Origin: Patescibacteria group bacterium
GTDB lineage: Bacteria; Patescibacteriota; WWE3; CG2-30-40-12
Length of the DNA stretch: 64,000 bases
NCBI GenBank assembly: GCA_018817085.1
Contig: JAHIUT010000038.1
Location: 9,441-73,440, forward strand
Direction: 5' to 3'
Below the pieces are notes generated by a model that saw nothing but the letters and a program-made list of their open reading frames with translations, made no database searches and was not told the origin of the DNA. This document shows, in pieces, positions 30,274 to 37,825 of this stretch (position 1 is its first letter; every line of letters starts with the position of its first letter). The translations under genes and the position numbers were made by a program.

Positions 30274-31354
30274 AAATTACATCGGAAAGAGCGGTGTATC
30301 TTTTTCCGTCTATCCAGTCAAATTCTATTTTTAACTTCTCGGCTTCCTTGCCGTTGAATCTATCAAGATATCCGCTGATAGTATTTTTTAATATATCCAG
30401 ATTTCTTTTCATTTTCCAGCTTTCCTCAAGATTATTCTTATCAATAAGCACCAAGAACAAGCGATTTGCCGCGTCAAAACGTCGTTCTCCCTGCTTCTCA
30501 TAAAGCCACTTTATGAGTTTCTGCGGTTCTTTGATAACTCTTTGAATCATTGACCACCTCGTTTTCCTAAATTCCGCAATGAAGTTTTTCACTTCTGGTT
30601 TTTGACTCTCTTCAACTCGTGCCAGTAATTCCGCAAACAGGGCTTTGTTTTTCTGTTCTCGGTTATATTTAATGCCGAGCGTTTTTACAAAGCGTTTCAA
30701 AACCTGTAATTCGGTGGGTAAGCCGTCCGCTTTCCTACTTGCCGTCATAAACCCGTCGGGGAAATAGGTAACCTTCAAATCAAATGGAATATCGCCAATG
30801 AAAAAATCAACTTTTTTGATCAGCCCTACTGTTGGAGTAACTTTTTTATGATCCTTGAAAATGTCTTCAATCAAAATTGAAGTCCAGTGGTTGTACCAAG
30901 ACGATTGGACATAACCGCGCATGCTGTCGTGTATTTCATTCTCGATCTTTTCATTGAGCATATCAAAGCTACGAATTTTCTTGATATAGTTGTCAACTAT
31001 AGTTCTTTCGAGGTTGTTTTGATACAAGCCGCCCCAATCAAAAACTTTCATTTTGTAAAGCTCGGAAACAAGAGCGGTTTCATTCGCCTTTCTCCCCGAT
31101 CTTTCGGCGAGGTGCTTTTGAGCTATAAATTTATCGAGTAGCTCCTCTGATGGTTTTGCTTCGTAAACATGCTCAAAAAGTGCTGTGCCTCTAACATTTG
31201 AACAGTCAATTTTCGCGAGCATGCGAAATTCAACCAAAAGATCTTTCCTTGAAATTGAGCGAAGTTTGAGCCAATAAATACTGCCCTCTTCTTTTAGAAG
31301 AACATCAAATTTATTATCCTGATAAAGTTGTTTGAAATGTTTAAATTTATTCAT
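30257..31354 (-). CDS. Putative restriction endonuclease/effector of unit B (paralog of 27186..28085)
   Basis: KVDFFIGDIPFDLKV and the ...RRFDAANRLFLVLIDKNN... block are shared with the unit A protein. Start chosen at MNKFKHF (31354), which overlaps the Dam-like MTase stop by 8 nt. Longer in-frame alternatives extend to 31429. Confidence 0.45.
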   Translation of the reverse strand: MNKFKHFKQLYQDNKFDVLLKEEGSIYWLKLRSISRKDLLVEFRMLAKIDCSNVRGTALFEHVYEAKPSEELLDKFIAQKHLAERSGRKANETALVSELYKMKVFDWGGLYQNNLERTIVDNYIKKIRSFDMLNEKIENEIHDSMRGYVQSSWYNHWTSILIEDIFKDHKKVTPTVGLIKKVDFFIGDIPFDLKVTYFPDGFMTASRKADGLPTELQVLKRFVKTLGIKYNREQKNKALFAELLARVEESQKPEVKNFIAEFRKTRWSMIQRVIKEPQKLIKWLYEKQGERRFDAANRLFLVLIDKNNLEESWKMKRNLDILKNTISGYLDRFNGKEAEKLKIEFDWIDGKRYTALSDVIFVVKD

Positions 31355-32417
31355 AGCAATAAAATAAATATTCTTTTGTTCCTTTTTTTGAGCCCTTACC
31401 ACCATAATGATTTTGATATTCGTGCTCAAAAACTTTTACCTTTTTGTGCTGACTAATCAAATCAACAATAGTCTCTTTTCCGGGATAGCTTTCGCTGTTG
31501 TAAGAAATAAGCCAAAAAGGAATATGTGCGCTTACGGAAAAAAGTTTTTTGAAAGAATCGATAGTTTCTTCTTTGCGTACAAAACCGCTTTCTTTTTTAG
31601 GAAAATACTGTTTTGTTCCATTGATAAATTCCTTGTCTTTCCAATATTCCACAAAGGTTTCTAGAAAATGATAAAAGGCCTGATAATCTGGGTGGCAACC
31701 GTAATAAGGCGGGTCAAAATAAACCAAATCGATATTTTTCAGTTTTGGGATTAGTTGGATTGTATCTTCGCAGTAAACTTCGTTGTCTTTTTCGTTATCA
31801 AAAACTGCATTATTATATTCCGGAACCAATTCGAGAAATAAATCTTTAAGAGGGCGGGCTATAGTAGGATTCCTTTTCACTCGTAGCGGGTCTTTGCTGT
31901 AACGCAAAGCACTTAAATGAGCAAAGTGTCCGAGTAAAATTTTTCTGGTTAAAGACCTGCTCATTGTCGCGAGAGCAAGTGATTTTTTATACTCGTTATC
32001 AAGCAAATTGATATTTGATCTGAAATTATCAAGAAAACGAGCTTGATCTCGTTCAAAGAAAACATCAGTAAAAGTATCTTCGATAAGAGAGTCTGACTTT
32101 TTATTTTGTGAAAAGAGCAAGTCAATATCGTTGTCGTTAAGAGTAATGTCCTTATTTTCAATGAGTGCCTTGCCAATATGAAAATTGAATTTTAAGAAAT
32201 CATTTACAATAACTTTTTTACCTTTGTTCTTAAAATAGTAACCAACAACCGAAGTGCCGCTGAATGCATCCAAAAAACTCTCTATTTCTTTTGGGGCATT
32301 TTCAAAAATCCATCTTACTAAACGCTCTTTACTGCCAAGATATTGTGTCTTCGGCAATTTGTGCGATTTAATCGTTTCCCCGAATAATGTTGTTTGTGCT
32401 TGTTGTGATAAAAGCAT
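31347..32417 (-). CDS. Dam-family N6-adenine DNA methyltransferase, second copy (diverged from the 26114..27181 copy)
   Basis: TQYLGSKERLV (Y-x-GSK motif), DAFSGTSVVG, and LVYFDPPYYGCHPDY (DPPY). Confidence 0.75.
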   Translation of the reverse strand: MLLSQQAQTTLFGETIKSHKLPKTQYLGSKERLVRWIFENAPKEIESFLDAFSGTSVVGYYFKNKGKKVIVNDFLKFNFHIGKALIENKDITLNDNDIDLLFSQNKKSDSLIEDTFTDVFFERDQARFLDNFRSNINLLDNEYKKSLALATMSRSLTRKILLGHFAHLSALRYSKDPLRVKRNPTIARPLKDLFLELVPEYNNAVFDNEKDNEVYCEDTIQLIPKLKNIDLVYFDPPYYGCHPDYQAFYHFLETFVEYWKDKEFINGTKQYFPKKESGFVRKEETIDSFKKLFSVSAHIPFWLISYNSESYPGKETIVDLISQHKKVKVFEHEYQNHYGGKGSKKGTKEYLFYCYE

Positions 32418-32488
32418 TACTGATAGTATACCATTTTTTAATTTTCCCCTAATTCTGAACGGTCCTCCTACGCTCGTTAAAACTTCTT

Positions 32489-32516
32489 GCCCTTCGATTC
32501 TGGCTCGCCTTCGCTC
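32489..32516 (+). repeat. 28-bp perfect direct repeat, copy B (TTGCCCTTCGATTCTGGCTCGCCTTCGC)
   Basis: Identical to 29050..29077. It lies between the Dam-MTase-2 start and the 3' end of tRNA-Pro. Confidence 0.9.
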
Positions 32517-32574
32517 GCCATTCTCTCAGGACATAAGAATTTCTAACCCTTCGTTCCTCAGGGAGAAATTCTAA

Positions 32575-32648
32575 TGTCGGGGACCGCGGAGTTGAACCGC
32601 GAATTTCTGCGTCCCGAACGCAGCGCCATGCCATTAGACCAGTCCCCG
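32575..32648 (-). tRNA. tRNA-Pro (anticodon CGG)
   Basis: Reverse complement: CGGGGACTGGTCTAATGGCATGGCGCTGCGTTCGGGACGCAGAAATTCGCGGTTCAACTCCGCGGTCCCCGACA. It has a 7-bp acceptor stem, anticodon arm CTGCG-TTCGGGA-CGCAG (as in E. coli proK) and T-arm CGCGG-TTCAACT-CCGCG. The D-arm is atypical (3-bp stem with a G-T pair). No encoded CCA. Confidence 0.7.
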
Positions 32649-32692
32649 TGTGTTTAATTATATCACCTCTAAATAGGTGATATACTCACTCT

Positions 32693-34615
32693 ATGGATAA
32701 TATCCTAAACTCTCTTAACGAGGAACAAAAGAAGGCAGTGATGTATTTTAACGGCCCCGCCCTCATTGTGGCGGGACCGGGAAGCGGCAAAACTAGAGTT
32801 TTAACTCATAAAATAGCGTATCTTATAAATACTCTTAATATTCCGTCTTACAATATCTTGGGCATTACTTTTACCAATAAAGCGGCAAACGAAATTAAAG
32901 AAAGAACTTTTAACCTTGTAAATGGAGGCATTAAAATCCCGTGGCTGGGTACTTTTCATAGCGTTTGCTCGCGCATTTTGCGAAGAGACGGTCAATTTGT
33001 GGGTCTTTCCCCCAATTATGTTATATATGATTCTTCTGACCAAAAATCTTTAGTTTGGGGTTTAATAAAAAAGCTTAGCCCTCCTAAAAAAATAAGCCCC
33101 GACGCGGTGGCGGGGGCTATTTCAAGCGCAAAAAGCGAGCTGGTTTCTTTTTTGGATTACGAAAAACTCGCTTACGGTTTTTTTCAAGAACAAGTTGCCA
33201 AAATTTACCCCCAATATCAAAAAAAACTTGAAGAAAACAACGCCGTGGATTTTGACGATTTAATAGCAAAAACAGTAGAACTTTTTAGAAAATACCCCGA
33301 TATATTAAACAAATACTCCGAGATTTTTAAATATATTTTAATTGACGAGTATCAAGATACTAATCATTCCCAGTATGTTTTTTCAAAGTTATTGGCAAAA
33401 AAGCATAACCAGCTTTATGTGGTGGGGGATATGAGCCAATCCATTTACTCTTTTAGGGGAGCGGATTTTAGAAACATTTTAAATTTTAAAAAAGATTATC
33501 CACACGCTAGAATTTTTAATCTTGCCCAAAACTATAGAAGCACTAAAGTAATTTTGGAGGCGGCTACAAATTTAATTAAAAACAATAACACCCATATCCC
33601 TTTAGAACTTTGGACTAGAAATTCTACCGGGGATTTAATTTCTTTATACGAAGCAAACGATGAAAAAGAAGAAATTTTGTATGTTGGTCTTAATATTTTA
33701 GAAAAGACCACAAAAAATCTTTTTTCTTTTAAAGATTTTGCTGTTTTGTACAGAACTAACGCTCAATCAAGAGTAGTGGAGGAACAATTTATAAAGCTAG
33801 GTATTCCTTACCGACTTGTTGGGGGAGTTCGCTTTTATGATAGGAAAGAAATTAAAGACGCCCTTTCCTTTTTAAGAGTCTTGCATAATCCAAAAGACAC
33901 AGTTTCGTGGGAGAGGATAATAAATGTTCCCCCAAGAGGTATTGGAAAAAAGGCGTTAGAAGGGTTTAAAAAGGTTAATTGGGATTTGGATTTCATCCAA
34001 AATAAATCCAAGCTACCCATTTTTGAACTTATGACAGCAAAAGATACCCTTTCGGTGGTTGAACTTTTAGATACGGTTTTGCAAAAAACGGGTTACATAG
34101 AATATCTTAAAGACGGTTCCGAAGAAAACCTCGCGCGGTTGGAAAACTTGGAAGAATTAAAGTCGGTAGCTGGGCAGTTTTTAACTTTGGGAGATTTTTT
34201 GGAAAATGTTTCTTTGGTGGAATCTTTAGATGCTATTTCTAAAGACGCGGATGCCGTAACTTTAATGACCCTCCATAGCGCCAAAGGTTTGGAGTTTAGG
34301 GAGGTGTTTATTGTGGGTATGGAGGAAGGGCTTTTTCCTCATTCCCGAAGCCTTTTTAGCAAAGAAGAGTTGGAGGAGGAACGGAGACTTTGTTATGTGG
34401 GAGTAACAAGAGCAAAAGAGAAATTGCATTTAACTTATACTAGACGGAGGTTATACCTCGGTTCATCGGGCAGTAGCGTGGTATCCAGATTTGTATCAGA
34501 AATCCCGCAGGAATTACTGCTTTACAATACCAGAAGCGGGATGCAAACTATTCACACCCCCCATGGGTTAGAAAAATATCTAGACGATTTAGATGATGAA
34601 CGATTATTTAACTAA
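32693..34615 (+). CDS. pcrA: ATP-dependent DNA helicase, UvrD/PcrA/Rep family
   Basis: LNEEQKKAVMYFNGPALIVAGPGSGKTRVLTHKIAYLI (motifs I/Ia), DEYQDTN (II) and VGDMSQSIYSFRGA (III), with a canonical C-terminal half. Confidence 0.88.
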   Translation: MDNILNSLNEEQKKAVMYFNGPALIVAGPGSGKTRVLTHKIAYLINTLNIPSYNILGITFTNKAANEIKERTFNLVNGGIKIPWLGTFHSVCSRILRRDGQFVGLSPNYVIYDSSDQKSLVWGLIKKLSPPKKISPDAVAGAISSAKSELVSFLDYEKLAYGFFQEQVAKIYPQYQKKLEENNAVDFDDLIAKTVELFRKYPDILNKYSEIFKYILIDEYQDTNHSQYVFSKLLAKKHNQLYVVGDMSQSIYSFRGADFRNILNFKKDYPHARIFNLAQNYRSTKVILEAATNLIKNNNTHIPLELWTRNSTGDLISLYEANDEKEEILYVGLNILEKTTKNLFSFKDFAVLYRTNAQSRVVEEQFIKLGIPYRLVGGVRFYDRKEIKDALSFLRVLHNPKDTVSWERIINVPPRGIGKKALEGFKKVNWDLDFIQNKSKLPIFELMTAKDTLSVVELLDTVLQKTGYIEYLKDGSEENLARLENLEELKSVAGQFLTLGDFLENVSLVESLDAISKDADAVTLMTLHSAKGLEFREVFIVGMEEGLFPHSRSLFSKEELEEERRLCYVGVTRAKEKLHLTYTRRRLYLGSSGSSVVSRFVSEIPQELLLYNTRSGMQTIHTPHGLEKYLDDLDDERLFN

Positions 34616-34684
34616 GGTCTCTCCTTTTTTAAGGAGAGACCTTACGGAAGGAGACTCCTTGTACAAGGAGTCTCCTTAGATACT

Positions 34685-35467
34685 ATGAGGGAAATAGCGC
34701 GACTTACAATTTTTATTTTGTCTTTACTTTTTGTGTATAAAGTAACTGTTGCGTGGGCGGGGCAATCGCATGTTTTAGGAGCGACCGCTTCCAATTATAA
34801 TAATTTGCCTATTAGGCAATATTCTCACTCTGTAATATCTACGATAACTTCCTTTGAGGAAAAAGAGGAAGTGGTGGAAGAACCCATTCCCTACGAAACA
34901 ATTTATGTAAAAGATGAAAGTATTGAGATTGGCGAAGAAACTGTAACAGAAAAGGGCGCGGAAGGAAATCTTGTTAAGACATACAAAGTTACCTATTGGT
35001 ATGGCGAGGAAACTAAGAGGGAATTGTTAGACACCAAACGGGAGTTACCTAAAAACGAGGTTATAACTATTGGAACCAAAATTGTATGGAGAAAAATAAA
35101 TTCTCTGGGAGAAAAGAATGTGGAGGATAACGAAATTTCGTACTGGCGGAAAATCTCTAATGTATGGGCAACTAGTTATGATAAAAGTTGTTACGGGTGC
35201 AATGAATACACGGCGTTAGGAGCAAAACTTGATTATGGGGTTTGCGCGGTGGACCCTCAAACTATCAAACTTTACACCACTATATATGTCCCGGGTTATG
35301 GTATTTGCCAAGCTTTAGATGTGGGGGGCGCTATAAAGGGGGCAAAAATAGATGTGGGGTTTTACGATTTACATGCGCAATCCGCTGAAGTAGGTTGGAG
35401 GGGTTCTCACTTTACCGCTATTTACCTTTTGGATAACGAGGATGCCAATCTTACACTTCTACGGTAA
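34685..35467 (+). CDS. G5-domain plus 3D-domain protein (cell-wall associated, MltA/RlpA-like 3D module)
   Basis: Signal anchor. G5-like beta-rich segment (IEIGEETVTEKGAEGNLVKTYKVTYWYGEE). C-terminal 3D domain with three conserved Asp (CAVDPQTIKLYTTIYVPGYGICQALDVGGAIKGAKIDVGFYD). Confidence 0.5.
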   Translation: MREIARLTIFILSLLFVYKVTVAWAGQSHVLGATASNYNNLPIRQYSHSVISTITSFEEKEEVVEEPIPYETIYVKDESIEIGEETVTEKGAEGNLVKTYKVTYWYGEETKRELLDTKRELPKNEVITIGTKIVWRKINSLGEKNVEDNEISYWRKISNVWATSYDKSCYGCNEYTALGAKLDYGVCAVDPQTIKLYTTIYVPGYGICQALDVGGAIKGAKIDVGFYDLHAQSAEVGWRGSHFTAIYLLDNEDANLTLLR

Positions 35468-37100
35468 TAGCAAGAACAATGGGGTTCCGTTCGGTTTCTT
35501 TGTATATAAATTTGGCAATATCCCTCTCAATATCCGCTTTTATTTTCGTAATGTCTTTTGGATTGTTATTAGCCCTTAGTTTTGCTTTAACTTTGTTTTC
35601 TATTTCACTTATTAATTGTTTTGCTTCTTTAACATATACAAATCCTCTTGAAGCTATGGCTATTCTGTCTCCAAACGAATTCTTGTCCCTTTTGTAAGGG
35701 ATTGCTATAACCAACATGCCGCTATCGGCAAGTTCTTTCCTGTCTCTCAAAACTATGGAACCCACATCGCCTATTCCGCTTCCGTCCACATAAACATTGC
35801 CCACATGGACTTTTTCTCCGCGATACACTTTTTTATTGTCCAAAACTATACTTTCCCCATCCAAGAGTTCAAATATGTTTTCTTTTTTAAAGCCCATATC
35901 CACCATTAGATTTACATACGCTCGCATAAATTTAACCGACCCCCCAATAGGAACAAAGAAATTGGGATGCGCCAAAGCGGCTAGCATAGAAATATCTCCT
36001 CTAGAACCATGCCCAGATACATGAAGGTTGTCTTGTATTTCTGAATATAAAACCTCGGCTCCAAGAAGAGTGAGTTTGTCTATTACAAAATTAACTAGCT
36101 CCAAAACTCCGGGAGGGTTGGGGTCGGCGGAGAAAATAACAGTAGCGTCCTTTTTTATTTGGATATATTTATGTTTGTCCATTGCTATGCGATACAAAGC
36201 GGAATTCGTCTGACCATAAGAACCTGCCACTATGTGAGTTAATTTATTAGGCGCAAACCTTTGAGACTCGTGTTCTTTAACAAAAGCTTCTTTTGGGAAA
36301 TTTAAGTACCCAAGCCGCACCGCTATTTCTAGGTTTTGTTCAATAGACCTTCCGCTTATAACAATTTTTCTGTCAAATTTAAGGCTTGAGTTTATAGCTT
36401 GTTGGATTCTTGAAATGTTGGAGGACATAGTGGTTATGAGAACTTGCCCTCTTGCTTTTGAGATAAGGTCATCAAAGGTATGTTCTATGTATCGTTCTGA
36501 TTCGGTGTACCCTTTTGAAGTGGAACCTAACGAGTCGGACATTAATACATCCACGCCTTTATCCGCAATTTGGGTAAGTCCCGATACATCAAAAGGAGGG
36601 TCCATTACCGGTGTCCAGTCAAATTTAAAGTCCGACACATGCAAAACAACCCCGTCCGTTGTTTCAATGGCAAAAGCAACGCTATCGGGAACAGAGTGAT
36701 TTACGGCTATAGGCGTGATTTTGAAGGGTCCTATATTTAGAGGAGTTTTTTTATCTATAGTTATTAGTTTTGCGTCTTTTATGCCATAGTCGTTAAGTTT
36801 GTTTTGAATAAAGCCGATAACAAGCTTTGTGGCGTAAACAGGAATGTTAAACTCGTTAAGTAAAAAGGGAACTGCCCCAAAATGGTCTTCGTGGCCATGC
36901 GTTACAAGAAGAGCCTTTACCTTATGTTTGTTTTTAAGGATATATGAAAAATCGGGTATAACCAAATCTACCCCATAATCAGATGAGTCGGGGAATCCTA
37001 TTCCACAGTCCACAATAATTATGTCCTCGTTATACTCGTACACATAAATATTTTTTGTTACATTAGTTGTTCCCCCAAGAGGGATTATTTTTAAAGGCAT
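35451..37100 (-). CDS. rnj: Ribonuclease J (metallo-beta-lactamase/beta-CASP)
   Basis: LKIIPLGGTTNVTKNIYVYEY...LLVTHGHEDHFGAVPFLL (HxHxDH). Beta-CASP and C-terminal domains. 549 aa. Confidence 0.85.
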   Translation of the reverse strand: MPLKIIPLGGTTNVTKNIYVYEYNEDIIIVDCGIGFPDSSDYGVDLVIPDFSYILKNKHKVKALLVTHGHEDHFGAVPFLLNEFNIPVYATKLVIGFIQNKLNDYGIKDAKLITIDKKTPLNIGPFKITPIAVNHSVPDSVAFAIETTDGVVLHVSDFKFDWTPVMDPPFDVSGLTQIADKGVDVLMSDSLGSTSKGYTESERYIEHTFDDLISKARGQVLITTMSSNISRIQQAINSSLKFDRKIVISGRSIEQNLEIAVRLGYLNFPKEAFVKEHESQRFAPNKLTHIVAGSYGQTNSALYRIAMDKHKYIQIKKDATVIFSADPNPPGVLELVNFVIDKLTLLGAEVLYSEIQDNLHVSGHGSRGDISMLAALAHPNFFVPIGGSVKFMRAYVNLMVDMGFKKENIFELLDGESIVLDNKKVYRGEKVHVGNVYVDGSGIGDVGSIVLRDRKELADSGMLVIAIPYKRDKNSFGDRIAIASRGFVYVKEAKQLISEIENKVKAKLRANNNPKDITKIKADIERDIAKFIYKETERNPIVLAITVEV

Positions 37101-37102
37101 TA

Positions 37103-37726
37103 TTATATAAAACTCATTTGCTCCTCGTCCTTCTCTTCTTGTCCTTTTTTATCAAGAGATACTGCGGATAACTCTCCTTTCAAAACTTTTGGCAGTTTTT
37201 TAAAATCCTCGCTTAAGATGCGGGCGATATTTGAATTTCTTAAAGCCGCCGCAGGATGATACAACGGAAAGAAAACGCGCCCCTTGTAAGAAATCGGTTT
37301 TCCATGATACTCGCTTATTTTAGCTGATTTTACAAAATATTCCAAGGAGATTCTCCCTAAAGTTACTATAATCTTTGGTTTTATAACTTTTAATTGTTCT
37401 TCAAGAAAGGAGGAGCATTGCCTAACCTCGTCTTTCATAGGGTCTCGGTTTTCGGGGGGTCGATGTTTTATAATATTTCCTATCCACACGGATTCTCTGT
37501 TAACTTTTATGGAGTTAAGCATGGAATCTAGCAATTTACCGGCTCTTCCCACAAAAGGCAGACCTTGCTGGTCTTCGTTGTAACCGGGGGCTTCCCCCAC
37601 AAACGCAATTTCGGCGTTGGGATTTCCGTGTCCGGGAACGGCTTTGGTGGCGTTTTTATACAAGCGGCATTTTTTGCAAGCTTCAACGGCTTTTTCTAGT
37701 TTGGACAAAAGTTCTTCATCAGTCAT
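37103..37726 (-). CDS. Uracil-DNA glycosylase, family 4 (Fe-S)
   Basis: CKKCRLYK Cys cluster and motif GEAPGYNEDQQGLPFVGRAGKLLD, with a downstream HPAA-type region (YHPAAALR). Confidence 0.8.
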   Translation of the reverse strand: MTDEELLSKLEKAVEACKKCRLYKNATKAVPGHGNPNAEIAFVGEAPGYNEDQQGLPFVGRAGKLLDSMLNSIKVNRESVWIGNIIKHRPPENRDPMKDEVRQCSSFLEEQLKVIKPKIIVTLGRISLEYFVKSAKISEYHGKPISYKGRVFFPLYHPAAALRNSNIARILSEDFKKLPKVLKGELSAVSLDKKGQEEKDEEQMSFI

Positions 37727-37825
37727 TTTAATTATTATACACCAAAATTATTTCTGTACTACCTGCAAACATATCCCTAATTAATCGCTGGCAAAGAGGG
37801 CGGTTTTCTGCTATACAATAAAGAT

